Shown here: one piece after another, positions 1 through 11,399 of the stretch
How the letters are laid out: the number at the start of each line of letters is the position of its first letter
Position numbering within the stretch: the stretch's first letter is position 1
Made by a program: the position numbers and the translations under genes
The notes under the pieces: model-generated
What the model was told of the DNA's origin: nothing
Seen by the model: only the letters and a program-made list of their open reading frames with translations
The model's database searches: none
Source: Raillietiella orientalis
Lineage: Eukaryota
Assembly: GCA_036172245.1 (NCBI GenBank)
Contig: JAYWIR010000054.1
Span: 434,001 to 498,000, forward strand
Length of the DNA stretch: 64,000 nucleotides
Direction: 5' to 3'

Positions 1-99
1 ATGGATATTGACATCCCGCTGGCGATGTGCACCACAAGAAAGAGCCTCTGGCACTGGTCAGAAAATTGAAAAAAAAAAGAAATACCGAAAGAAAAATCC

Positions 100-460
100 A
101 GTGCCACGCCCAGAGTTTGCCGCATGATTCAGCAGTGGCAGCCCGCAATCACCTTCTTAGCAGTGTTCCCTGTCTTCCTCCAGCGGCCAAGACCTCAGAA
201 AGGACTCCACGGTGCTTCCGACACGACGGGCGCTCTTCGTGTGAAGCTTTCAGAGGGCATCGAGAAGGGACGTCACACCGCTGCTGTCCCGACTATCCAT
301 CTCCCGCTGGGGAAAGGAGACCTTGGGAAAAGTCTTTGGGGTCAACTGGAAGAGGGCCGTTGGAGTGTCAGCGTGCGTTCGCACTTCTGAGCGCCAGCCC
401 GATTGCGGTGAGGGCGCTGTCCGCGTGGGCACAGCAGACTCCAGGGGAACGTTCTGCACC
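100..460 (+). pseudogene. Diverged relic of the locus-wide helical (death-domain-like) module plus shared downstream sequence
   Basis: ITFLAVFPVFLQRPRPQKGL...KLSEGIEKGRHTAAVPTIHLPL aligns by eye to VRFIPGMDFILARLCHEKGL...KFYERLDISGHMYDTAIATMYTAL (11110-11320). Close DNA copies at 7550-7742(-) and 17080-17370(-). Confidence 0.45.
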
Positions 461-559
461 CTCTCCTCACCGTTTGCCTAGCGCATCTGCAGTGAGGGGC
501 TCCGTGTGCATCAAAAACGGCGGCGCCGATCGCTCGCGTAATCCCCGCACTCCAGGAGT

Positions 560-770
560 GGCGCGTCACGCTGCTACCAGAAGGACCAGAGCCATGGCGT
601 CCGTGGGAAACGATGGACGGACGATGTCTTTGCGTGGAACCTTCTTGTTTTCCGCTCGGCGCAGCAGCCACTCTTCGTGGGCGTTGGGCCTGGACCCCCT
701 TTCTCGGGAGCTCTGCTGCTTCTGCTGCGCTACACCTCTTCCACCTTGCCCTGTGGAAACAGTCGCTTGA
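560..770 (-). pseudogene. Relic of a kinase C-terminal end (subdomain XI-like)
   Basis: Reads EEWLLRRAENKKVPRKDIVRPSF / QRHRPSIVS..AMALVLLVAA, similar to QHRPSIVNMETTLAIVL near 31930(-) and QHRHSIVSMETTLAIIL at 9020. Confidence 0.35.
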
Positions 771-1204
771 GCATGATGCAAACCTCTGCCCATGACGCTC
801 TCAAGCGTTAACTGGATGAGTTGGTCATCAAGCGGAAAAGAACCGCAAGGAGAAACCTTACACCATCCCCTCCCAGGGGCGGACTCCAGACTGAGGCAGG
901 ACGTGGTCCTGCAAGGTGAAGACGAAAGAGCAATCACGCTTGCCGCACCTTACACTCCAGAGAGCTTACTCTCCTTCCCCCTTCCCCCTCCTTCCAAAGA
1001 GGGTATTAAGAAGGTTCTTGGCATGGGACGGAGGGTTGTTCCTTGAGGGTGAATTCGACGGCTCCCTTGTTACAACTGAACGGAAGCACAGAAGGGCTCC
1101 TTGATTCCCGAAAGGACTCCGGAAGGATCACATTGCAATCACGTCCACTCAACGAGGCCATTCAGGGTTTCCAGCTTTCATAGGTACCGCACCCAAAGCC
1201 TACG

Positions 1205-1435
1205 GATCAACCAGCGTCGTCCACGTAAGGATGGTGGACTGGACCTCCTTACGCTGGAGAGGATCGAGCGTCAGATTCAATCCCGAAGACTCGCAATGGC
1301 TTTCTAAGCTCTGGACTACGCCTTGGTGTGCTCCGGCAAGAATCCTCGCCAAGCCAGTAGCCGGTTGCCAGAAATTGACCTCGGTCGTCGTGGCCACCTA
1401 GCGAAGTTCAAGCCCTCTTGGCTCTCAACTTTGCC
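1205..1435 (+). mobile_element. Tx1/L1-clade ORF2 fragment (5' part of a copy split by a later insertion)
   Basis: PRKDGGLDLLTLERIERQI and SKLWTTPWCAPARILAK match PRRDGGPSVLTLERVETQL and AKMWSTPWGVPARLLAK of ORF 17751-18446. Confidence 0.75.
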
Positions 1436-3778
1436 AAACCATCATCAAAATTCAGCAATTGCATGGATAGACTTCAGAGATGCTTCCACCTCTGTACCCC
1501 ATGAACTAATTTTCGAATCTCTGAATGCTTTTGGTGCCGGTAGCACCTTCTGCTCGCTGATGCGGGAGCTAGACAATAGATCCTCAACTCACCCTACCTG
1601 TCGTGAGGGTAGCACGAACCCTAGTCCTATAAACGCTGGTGTCCGACAAGGTTGTCCACTAAGTGGGCTCTTGTTCCATATCACGCTTGAACCGTTTATC
1701 CAGCTGATCCTTGACGACCATCCCAGCATACTCCCTCTCGCATATGCAGATGACGTAGTCCTAATCTCCAGCTCCCAAACAGAATTACAAACCGCTTTGA
1801 CAGCGTTTGCTAATACCACCCATGTTGCGGGTCTACAAATCAATCCTTCAAAATGTGGGTCCTACCATTGTTCGTCTTCTCCTCCTCAAGTACTCCCCAC
1901 TTTATTTTCTGTTTTCGATCCTTCTATCCCACGTCTAGCTCACCATGAAACTTACAAATACCGAGGAAAGCCTGTAGGATCCGATCCCACCTTCTACGAT
2001 GGCGACGTTGACACCTTTGCTAGACGCTTCCAATCCTCCTTAGCACCCTGGCAGAAATTTGATGCCACGAAAACCTTTTTGCTCCCCTCCCTTGTGCACG
2101 ACCTCAGGTTAGGAACGACCATCATCGTGGGCTAAACTCGATAAGTTAACTCGGAACACTCTCAAACAAAACATGCTTCCGCTGACCCAGGGATCCTCCA
2201 ACGAGCACATCTACGGTAGGGTCAGAGTCATGTTGCTTGTCGAAGAAGCTCGCACGATGCTCCTAGATTCTGCCCTCAAAATGCTCAGCTGCCCCGACCA
2301 AAAAGTCACCGATCTTTCCCTTGCTGCTCAGGCTGACGCCACCAAGAGGAAAACCCACACATTCACCCCCCACGATGGAACTGATGACCCAATACCTGAA
2401 CGGCTTTTGTCTATCCCCCTTTGGTAAATCCAGCGGCGATTCTCGAACCCTGTGGTCATCCGTCAGGGAAGCCGCAAAAAACCTTCCCGTACAGTGGTCG
2501 ACTCAGGACGGGACCTTGGACCCCTCCATGAACACCCAGGAAGCCCAGGTGTTCCCAAAACACTTACCACCCGCCAGCCGGCGACAGGTTGCCCCATCCA
2601 TCCGAGACGCCTTCCGAGACGAAGAAATAGAATGGCTACCGACTAAACCGGATGAGAGCAGGAAATGATGGAATGCGTCGGTCTTCATCCAGCCTCCACG
2701 AGTTTTCCTCCGATGTGTGACGTCTTGCGTTTCGCCGATCGGAGATTTCTTCACCGAGCGCGGTTGATCCGTCTCCCCGCTCAATGGAAACCGAAAGAGA
2801 CCCGGGCAACTCGATCAGTGAAGGAGACACCAGCGCACGTGATCTGTCATTGCTAAATGCACCTTGATCACACAGAGGCACAGCCGCGTGGTCGACATGC
2901 TCATGAAATCCTTGTCCCCGAAACGATGGCGGATCGCAGATTGGACACTGAGAACTCCACACTCCGGCCCGAGGCATCTTCCTACGAAAGTCCACCACAG
3001 CCGGCATCCTCGACGTTGCCGTCCCGTTCGAGAATCGACCTTCGCTCGCGGACCCAACAGACTCAGATATTCCGGTCTTGAAGCGAGCCTCAGGGACCAA
3101 GGCTGGCAAACGGTGAACGACGCTATCGTCGTCGGTTCTCTCGGCACGTGGGACCAGCGAAACGACGGAGGTTTGAAACCGACGCGGTCATCCAGCATGG
3201 CGATAAAAGGGTTGTCTTCTCCTGCTTGCAAAGAGATGATAAAATTTTGCTCGCGGCATATGCGTGAACCACATATCCATCGCAAGCACGCAACCTGCGC
3301 ATGAAGGCGACGTGAACATTCAAGCTGACGATTAGTTCGCTCAACATGACAGCAGCACTCAATCCCCTGCCCGTTCCCATGGACCAACTCCTCCCTGTGT
3401 TGACCCCTACCCACCGAACAGCGGGGTAGATGAGCATCCCATAGCCGACGCCTTCCGCATCCTCTCCACGCTGTGCACTCGATGAGCTTCTCTTTCCCCT
3501 TACCTCACACTTGAATCCCCGAAGGCGAAATGTTTCTCTCCAGGACTCAAAGAACGTGTTAAGAAGCATCTTTTTGAACCGAAACACCTACGGTCGGATC
3601 AAACTGCACTGGACGCTCCTAAAAACTTGACTATGTGTGTCATAACTTTATAAATGCTCCCGCCTCGTTACCTGTTTGAACTTTGAAAATCCGCGCAGAC
3701 CTTCCCGAAATTGGGCAAAAATGTGTAAAAATGTCGTAATAAAAATAACGCCTTAAAAAAAAAGAAAAAGAAAAAAAG
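1436..3778 (+). mobile_element. 5'-truncated, frameshifted non-LTR retrotransposon with restriction-like endonuclease (NeSL/Utopia/R2 group)
   Basis: RT motifs AWIDFRDASTSVPHELI, GVRQGCPLSGLLF, LAYADDVVL, GLQINPSKC, LAPWQK. C-terminal RHSRVV and IVVGSLGTWDQRND. AATAAA plus A-rich tail at 3738-3778. Flanked by TTGCC at 1431-1435 and 3779-3783. Confidence 0.9.
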
Positions 3779-4601
3779 TTGCCTCGGTACAACGAAATCC
3801 CTGGATCTCCGTCCTCCCCGCGAACTGGGCTACTTGGCTTCAGGAGTCGGTTTTCGCCCGAGGAAAGATCAACGGTACGAGCGAGGAGGCAGAGTTCATC
3901 TGCCTAAGAAACGGCAGATGCGCTCGCCAGCCGTTGGGGGACATACTTGGTAACACCAGGAACCCGCTTTGGGCGTCATCCACTCCCCTAGCTCCAGTGC
4001 TGTCCTCCCTACGGGGAGCAAGGGACAGCGACCTTCCGGCAAGGTAAAAGGTCACTTGCACTATCGAAAATAGAAGGAAACATGCAAATGCCTGGACAAC
4101 TTGGGAGCTGACAGTTACTGTCGCCCCGAGAGTCCCTCTAAATGGACAGCTACGCTGGGGAGAGTTCCTACAAATTCCTCTGGAGGAGGTGAAGTGGTCC
4201 CCAGTGTGCTGTAACGGTGTTACCCTCTCCCCCATAAAGTGGCAGGAATTGGCGACGCTTGTGTTGCATTGGGACCTCCCACCGATACCACTGGACCCGG
4301 GGGAGTGAGCCCCGACCGCAGCAGATGCCGCGAAAGATTCTCTGCTCGTATTGCCTTCCATCCCATGCAGGAACGCCCTCCAGAAGCCTGTAATCCTTCC
4401 CGAACCCCCCAATTCTTTGTATTTCTTCCTTTTATTTTTCTTTTTGCTTATCCTCCTCCCCTGTGCTGCGGAGGCGAGCCACGACGGTTCCTCGCAAGTT
4501 CTTTTTGTATATTTATGTAAGGTGGCAAAACCACATCCTGCCACTACCTTATATGTTTATTTTTTCACAGATAAACGCCCCGTCGTGACCGGGTGTCAAA
4601 C
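3779..4601 (+). mobile_element. Tx1/L1-clade ORF2 3' fragment with 3' UTR
   Basis: PANWATWLQE...RWGEFLQIPLEEVKW...KWQELATLVLHWDLP matches PANSSAWLEE...RWGELLGILADELEW...NWQETALLLLHWGLP (18290-18750). Ends in the family 3' motif at 4571-4601. Confidence 0.8.
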
Positions 4602-6249
4602 CAGCGTCGTACTTCATGGGTGGGGGGGAGCTCGAAGCCCACGGCGCATTCCCCCGTTTTCAGCGTCGTCCCCCTGGGCGGGATTGGAACCCGCAGCGCT
4701 CGGTACCACGTGCTGAGACGGCAAACACAAGGCCGCCCGCGTGGGCTCAGCAGCCGCCAGGAAGTTCCTCGAAGCGCACCGCATCCCAGCAGCAGGTGCG
4801 TGGGAGTTTCCACGCCTTCTTCGTGCTGCCACCTGGAGGGAGTGCAGGGAGCTGTCCGGACAGAGAGGAGGAGTCACGATTTGCGACCGCGGCGGAATGG
4901 CCGGACGGAGCAGGCTTTCGGGGAGGGCACCGGGTGTCACCGCGCCACAACCAGCTGGTCCGTTCCCGGTTGTCGTTCGGAGACCTCGTCGCACCTGAAA
5001 CGGAGGAGCGCGCCATCCTCTGCCCTGCGGGTCGGCAGCCGCCGTTCTTCTTACTCCAGCTCCCTTCTGCCTCCTCCAGAACGACTACCCCCGGATGCTC
5101 GCGCGCGTGGACGCGGATCCACGCGCACGCTGCCTTCCCCTCCCGGAGGTTCAGGGCGCAGGGGCAATAGAACTACAGGTGATGCTCTTCCGGTAGGGCG
5201 GAGATGCGCCGCCTCTGCGCGCGACCCCGGGCTCTTTCGCAGCGGAGAGTTGGCGCCGCCGCCGCGCGTCCCAGGGGATTTCGGGAGCGAGCAGGGCTAG
5301 CGCCAAGGCCGCTCCAGCCCAAGCCGGGAGCTGCAAGTCTTCGCAGAGAGAGCTCTCAGCCCTGCATCCCGTCTCGTAGCAACGGGGAATTGGAGGCGAA
5401 CCTGCGGGGCTGCGCAGTGCTTCATGACGGGATGGAGACGGAAGGCGCTCCAGACTGCGGGTAGCTGCTTCCGGAGAGCGGAACATCTGGTACCCTGGAA
5501 ACGGTTCCGGCGCCTGGGAGGGAAGTGGCGACCGGACCGCAAGAAGGAGGGCACATCGCGGTGCTGCTGTCCACGCAGCGGCCTACGGGAACGACCTCCG
5601 GAATCCGCTCCGCGGCGCAGCCGGTGCAAGAATTCCTCGAGCAACGCGACCGCTGCTCGACTCCCGGTGACCGGGACAGGAGGAGGGCAGCAGGGGTCGA
5701 GGGAAGTTTTCCCTCAGGCGTTTAGCAGCAAGCGGGAGCCGGCGCGGGGTTGGAGCTGCCGCCTCTCCCTCCCACGTACCGACACGCCGCACACGTGTCG
5801 ACCTTTCCGGAAGGCGTCGTGCCGAGCTGCGCTGCAGGTGCGGAAAACGAGGATCTTCACCGCCCCCGCAAGGGCATCGTGCTGTCCTAGGGGCATTGCG
5901 GAGACTTTTCTCCGAGGCCCTCTCCGTGCTAGTGGACGACCTTCAGCGCCCTTTCTCCCGCCGCAACCGCTGCCTTCGTACGGCAGACTGTGAGGCGGAG
6001 AGAGGGCACCGCGTCAGGGAAGTATCGAGACGACCCTACCCCAGGGGAGCCGTTTCGATACTTCCCGATAACCAGATACGCTCCCTATAACCAGGGAGAC
6101 ACCCTGGCCCCGACCTGCGGGGGGAGGGGGAAGAAGGAGAGCCTCTCCGGCCATCCTGTGCGGGCCGCGCAGTTCACGACGGGAAAAGGAAGCGATCCTG
6201 TCCCTTCCCGTTCCTAGAACGAGCGTCCCGGCGCGACCTTTCCGTCACG

Positions 6250-6630
6250 GACTGCCGGGCTGTTTGTTGGAAATGAAAGTGAAACCGCAGATGGAGAAGG
6301 GTCCGGCTCGTGGGGCTGCCCTCGCAAGGGCATGGCCAAGGAAGGAGTGGAGGCCGAGCAGGCAGCATGTAGAAGCAAATAGGGAACGGGACGGACCCAT
6401 CCGGCGTATTTCCTATGGATTCTCGAGGGCCTGAGTCGGACGAGAAGGTCCCTGGCTTGGGACCTGCCTGCCCACACGCCGCATTCAAAGGCTCCCTCGT
6501 GGGCCCCAATCTCTCCCCCTCGCTCCTCCAGGGATGCTGGCTGTTCCTCCATGATTCGCGTGCAGGCACTAAGGGGCGTAACTGTTCTCGCGTGGCGGGC
6601 GGCCACTGGTTAGCCTGATGGCGTAGATGC
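6250..6630 (-). mobile_element. Possible highly decayed Tx1-like ORF1 fragment
   Basis: TRIMEEQ...GAFECGVWAGRSQAR and LGHALAR..SICG loosely resemble VRMDEES...AFSFRGAFSGRIAAR and FGHLRKR..LTCG of ORF 20324-21661. Weak. Confidence 0.25.
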
Positions 6631-7549
6631 CTCTCTTCGGAGAGGCCTTCAGGGTTCCCCGTGCCCTGGAGCAGCCTCCGGCGTTCCGGAAGCACGAACG
6701 CTGGGGGGCGCCCCGCCAGAGGCGCGGTGGCGGTCCTCGTTTCCGGGGGAGCCAGAGCGATGGTGGTCTGCCGGCACCGAGAAGGGAGGCCGGAAATTCG
6801 CGGAATGACGAAGCTCCCCCGGAGAGTATCCCGGACAATCCATCCCATCTTTGGATCGCCTCCCGGTCGCTCGTCTCAGGAGCGGGAGGGGACGGGAACT
6901 TCGCCTTCCCGTCCGGCCTTCCGCGGCCCGCGCAGGACGGCAGGCGAGTTCCTCCTTCTGTCCTCTTCTCCCCCTGCAGGTGAGACCGTCTTGGTGGAGG
7001 GGGGGACTGCTATCCGCAGATCGTCAGGCAGCTGGGAGCCTTCGGGATGCAGAGGTTCCGGGTGCGCTCGAGAACATCCCATCGGGGGATCGTCGGCGCC
7101 TCCGAAAGCCACCGGGTCGAACAGTCCCGGCCGTCATCCCAGGGGGCGTCGAAGAGCAATCGTCGGTGGTGGAGCGGTCGGAGTGTGAGCTGAGTCCTCG
7201 CAGGCTGGTCTGAAGAGGGGGGAAGGATGGGGGTGTGCCGTGATTTTGGAAGGCACCCTCTGTGGACCTCTAGCCAAGTGGGAGGGTGGCTTGGAGCGGG
7301 TGGCTGCGCGTCTCCGCGCGCGGCACCACTGCGCGTCGCAGGATCGACGGAAGGAAAGGATCAACACCGAGAGATGGGGTTGGGTGGGTTGTCAGAGTTT
7401 CTCGTTTTTCCCGCAAGATGACACGGGTCTGCCCGTTCGAGTGCGGTGGCGGTGGTAGCAGCCGGATGCCCCCTTGACTGGCCGGGATTGGACTTTGACC
7501 CTTTGGAGTCCATTCAGGGATCAAGAACCCTCGGGGTTCCCTTCTGCTT

Positions 7550-7742
7550 GTAAAAGTGGAGCCGAACACACGCGGACACGCCGACGGCGCTCTTCCTGTT
7601 GATCCCAAAGGCTTTTCCCAAGGTCTCCTTTCCCCAGCGGGAGATGGATAGTCGGGACAGCAGCGGTGTGACGTCTCTTCTCGATGCCCTCTGAAAGCAT
7701 CACACTAAGAGCGCCAGTCGTCTCGGAAGCATCGTGGAGTCT
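7550..7742 (-). repeat. Dispersed locus-specific repeat (copy of 205-385 and 17095-17280)
   Basis: Direct DNA similarity, e.g. cccaaggtctcctttccccagcgggagatggatagtcgggacagcagc. Confidence 0.9.
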
Positions 7743-7744
7743 TC

Positions 7745-9070
7745 TCCATCTTCCCAGTCGAATTCTCCCGACTCCTGCAACGGGAGCAGCGACTCAACAG
7801 GTTCCACGGGAGACTCGTCGAAGTCGCAGCACAAGAGATGAAAGGGTTGCCTTTTCGTCAGCTGCGTTGCTGGACGCCTAAATGGAACCAAAAGATTACA
7901 CTTGGGACAGCATTCTCCTTCTTACCGAAAGAAGTTGGTATCTGAGTCCCCTGAAGAAGAAAAGGCGAAACTCAGGGTTGCTATTGGCCACTGCGAAAAT
8001 CCTGATAGGGTAGCGCAGGGAAGAGTTGCAATTCGAAAGCCGAGGTACTTGGCTCGTGGTCAAATACCAGACTTATAGAGGCCGAAAGAGACGAGGGAGA
8101 AAAAGGAAATGCATCCGTCAGCTCTCTGGGACTCGCGTTTGTCCCCCACCAGGGTCGCGGCAACGAGCCAGTCCTTGCTCCAGAAAACCTGGGCTCGAGC
8201 AACACAGACTGAGGTATGTCAAACGAAAGGCAGGTCTTCACCATCACCGCGGATACCTCCGGCACTTTCGGTCGGACACTAAAGAGTTCTCCATAAAAAG
8301 CAAGCTCTCCACCTCTGCTGCGGATTTAGCGAGCTGCCCGGAGCACAGTCTCCTAGATCGCGCAGGATACCTCCCACGTTTCCGGTTGGCAGGTGCCAAA
8401 TATCCCGGAAGCGGAGGACCCGGCTGCGGCAAGAGGTTGACTCGCGGGCAGGACTGCAGCCCTCTGCCCACCGCCATCACGGATCTTTCGGCATTCTGGC
8501 CGTGTTGACGGCACTTGGTCACCTCACTCGCGGGTCTCGTCTGATCGCCCTACGTTGAAACTGTCTCCTTCCGACAGATGTAGGTGTTCGTGCGGCGGAG
8601 GAGAATGGCTGGCTGCAAAACAGAAGATGTGAAAGGAGAGATTGCACATCCGGCACGAGTTCTCCTGTTTCAAGGTGCGTCTCTTGACCCTAGCACTGAT
8701 GTAAATCCCGTTCTTGAACTTACGAAGTGTTCCGATCGCGTGCTGCGGAGCCGCTGAAAGTTGGCCAGGAGTGCTGCTCGCTCACATGCCGGGACTAACG
8801 AAAGGAAAGCCCGGTTTCCAGCTAGGAAACCGACGCCATATGCCGGCACTCTGAAAATTCAAGAGAGCTCAGAACCCCTTGTGCCCTTCACGGAAGTCCT
8901 CGCAGCCCTCAAGGAGATTGCAGAATACTACTTCACCGTCGAAGCAAACGAAACGTTCTTAAAAAAGGCGTAACGCTATCCTCCCTGTGATGGCATGGGG
9001 CCACGCTTCTTCCACAGGACAGCACCGCCACTCCATTGTTAGCATGGAGACCACCCTGGCCATCATCCTT
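7745..9070 (+). pseudogene. Decayed Pelle/IRAK-like (TKL) kinase preceded by the tail of the death-domain-like module
   Basis: Kinase-like motifs in correct order across frames: LPFRQLRCWTPKWNQKITLG, WLVVK, NEPVLAPENL..GMS, FGRTLKS, RFRLA..AGLQ..H, ALGHLTRGSRLIAL, TDVGVR, GASLDPSTDVNPVLELT, EVLAALKEIAEY, QHRHSIVSMETTL. Stops and frameshifts present; catalytic HRD/DFG are degenerate. Confidence 0.6.
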
Positions 9071-9286
9071 CAAGTCATGAAGGTCGTACTGGATGGCCTC
9101 GGGATCCCTCGGGCTACACAGTTTCAGTGCAACTTGCCCACAAGGTGAAACGTTGCTATCGTAGAAGCGAAGGTCAGTGAGCAAGCTAACACGTGTAATA
9201 CCAAGTATATAGTTTGCTTGCAAACCTTATTCATCATTTCTCTATTGCGTGTGCCTCCTTACTTCCCTCTTCCGCTTACTTTTACC

Positions 9287-11369
9287 ATGAAGTCTGCTAA
9301 ACTCTTTGGAAAACGGTAAGAAAAGTTGGTTGCATGTTTCCTGTGTTAATCCAGGATCACGCAGTAAACCCTTGGACATGATGCGCTCTCCTTCTCTTAA
9401 TGGAGGCCAGGGGCAAATTGCAAACGGTCCTGGAGTCTGCGTTCCTTGGCCGCGTAGAGCTGGACTTCGGCTACCACTACCCACAGCACCCAGTGCTCCA
9501 GTTGTTCAATCGGAACCTCTCGCAGGAGTCGATGAAGCTGCTGTTGCACTAGAGGTATCTTCGACCTCGGCAACTCGTTTCCCGTCTCCCAGAGCACCGA
9601 GTCGTCGAGTTGGTCGATCGAAGCCTGTCGCAGGAGTCGATGAAGCTGCTGCTGCTTTCGCAGGAGTCGATGAACCTCTTGTCGATGAACCACAGGCATC
9701 TTCGACCCCGGCACCTCGTCTCCCGTCTCCCAGAGCACCGAGTCGTCGAGTTGGTCGATCGAAACCTGTCGCAGGAGTCGAAGAAGCTGCTGTTGCACGA
9801 GAGGCATCTTCGACTTCGGCACCTCGTTTCCCGTCTCCCAGAGCACCGAGTTTTCCAGTTCTTTCAATTTCAAGTCCCGACACATCCGCCTCTTCTGCCC
9901 GATATGACGCCAATTATTTATTACCCGATGAAGCTGAACTTTTAAAACTCGTGAAATCCCTCAGGAGCCGATCTCCAGGTATTTTAATACCTCGAGCATC
10001 TTATTCCTCGAGAATTCCATGCACACTTGAATTTCACTTTCCAGCTGTGAGAACCGAAGCCGTCAGTGCTCCCGTCACAGCAAGGACTGATTCGGAAAGT
10101 TCACTTGAATTTGACTTCCAGCTGTGAGAACCGAAGCCGTCAGTGCTCCCGTCACAGCAAGGACTGATTCGGAAAGTTCACTTGAATTTGACTTCCCAGC
10201 TGTGAGAACCGAAGCCGTCAGTGCCCGTCACAGCAAGGACTGATTCGGAAAGTCACTAAACCCCACAAACCAACCCACCCGTCACAGCAAGGACTGATTC
10301 GGAAAGTCACTAAACCCCAGCTGTGAGAACCGAAGCCGTCAGTGCTCCCGTCACAGCAAGGACTGATTCGGAAAGTTCACTTGAATTTGACTTCCCAGCT
10401 GTGAGAACCGAAGCCGTCAGTGCTCCCGTCACAGCAAGGACTGATTCGGAAAGTTCACTTGAATTTGACTTCCCAGCTGTGAGAACCGAAGCCGTCAGTG
10501 CTCCCGTCACAGCAAGGACTGATTCGGAAAGTTCACTTGAATTTGACTTCCCAGCTGTGAGAACCGAAGCCGTCAGTGCTCCCGTCACAGCAAGGACTGA
10601 TTCGGAAAGTTCACTTGAATTTGACTTCCCAGCTGTGAGAACCGAAGCCGTCAGTGCTCCCGTCACAGCAAGGACTGATTCGGAAAGTTCACTTGAATTT
10701 GACTTCCCAGCTGTGAGAACCGAAGCCGTCAGTGCTCCCGTCACAGCAAGGACTGATTCGGAAAGTTCACTTGAATTTGACTTCCCAGCTGTGAGAACCG
10801 AAGCCGTCAGTGCTCCCGTCACAGCAAGGACTGATTCGGAAAGTTCACTTGAATTTGACTTCCCAGCTGTGAGAACCGAAGCCGTCAGTGCTCCTGTCAT
10901 AGCAAGGACTGATTCGGATAGTGCACTCATTTCCGCACCTTCAACGTCTCGCTCGTTCGATTTTATGCGTGTGCCTACTGACCTGCATTCGCTCCACGAA
11001 GAGTTGAACATGGTATACGGTCATCTTTTGTTGTATCTGGATTCATCTAAAAATTCCGAGTTCGGAGTCACTCCCGTTATCAATCGCTTCATGTGGAGGG
11101 CCACAGCAAATGACGACGTACGCTTCATCCCCGGGATGGACTTTATACTAGCGAGACTGTGTCATGAAAAAGGCTTACCAACTATCGAATATGTCTACAA
11201 GTTATTGGAGGAGCAAAACTGCAGACTGGAACAATTCAAGGAAAAATTCTATGAGCGCTTAGACATATCTGGCCACATGTACGACACGGCCATTGCAACG
11301 ATGTACACAGCGTTGATGCTGTGGAAGTGGAACTATGCGAAGTACAGTATTCCGGAAGAAGAAAGTTGA
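9287..11369 (+). CDS. Spliced gene: short conserved N-terminus, Ser/Pro/Ala-rich repeats, 26-aa tandem array, C-terminal helical (death-domain-like) module
   Basis: ATG 9287. A 49-bp GT-AG intron (9316-9364) joins MKSAKLFGKR in frame to KPLDMMRS. ORFs 9306-10127 and 10323-11369 are separated only by a corrupted repeat stretch (10118-10320). May extend 5' into the kinase relic. Confidence 0.6.
9515..9850 (+). repeat. About 3 imperfect coding repeats (PVAGVDEAAVA..SSTSAPRFPSPRAPSRRVGRSK)
   Basis: Recurrent gcaggagtcgatgaagctgctg and cccgtctcccagagcaccgagt. Confidence 0.9.
10040..10918 (+). repeat. 78-bp coding tandem repeat (AVRTEAVSAPVTARTDSESSLEFDFP), about 11 units
   Basis: Identical units recur every 78 bp from about 10317 to 10863; no spacers. 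Confidence 0.97.
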
Positions 11370-11399
11370 ATGTTCCAGCAGCAACCATCCTCTAGGAGA

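Noticed and set aside
3779..3840. U2 snRNA or rDNA target beside the RLE element
   Set aside because: The flank translates as Tx1 ORF2 and shows no recognisable U2, SL or 28S sequence.
4660..4740. tRNA gene on the minus strand
   Set aside because: Only a T-arm-like hairpin; no convincing D-arm, anticodon arm or acceptor pairing.
9130..9200. PD-(D/E)xK nuclease motif (NVAIVEAK), suggesting a Crinkler-like REase
   Set aside because: No upstream PD motif at suitable spacing, and the preceding HRPSIV segment is better explained as kinase subdomain XI.
10040..10918. CRISPR array
   Set aside because: Head-to-tail identical 78-bp units with no unique spacers, in frame within an ORF; no cas genes; eukaryotic context.
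10310..11011. Minus-strand 233-aa repeat ORF
   Set aside because: Antisense of the 78-bp array; only the plus frame continues into the conserved C-terminal module.
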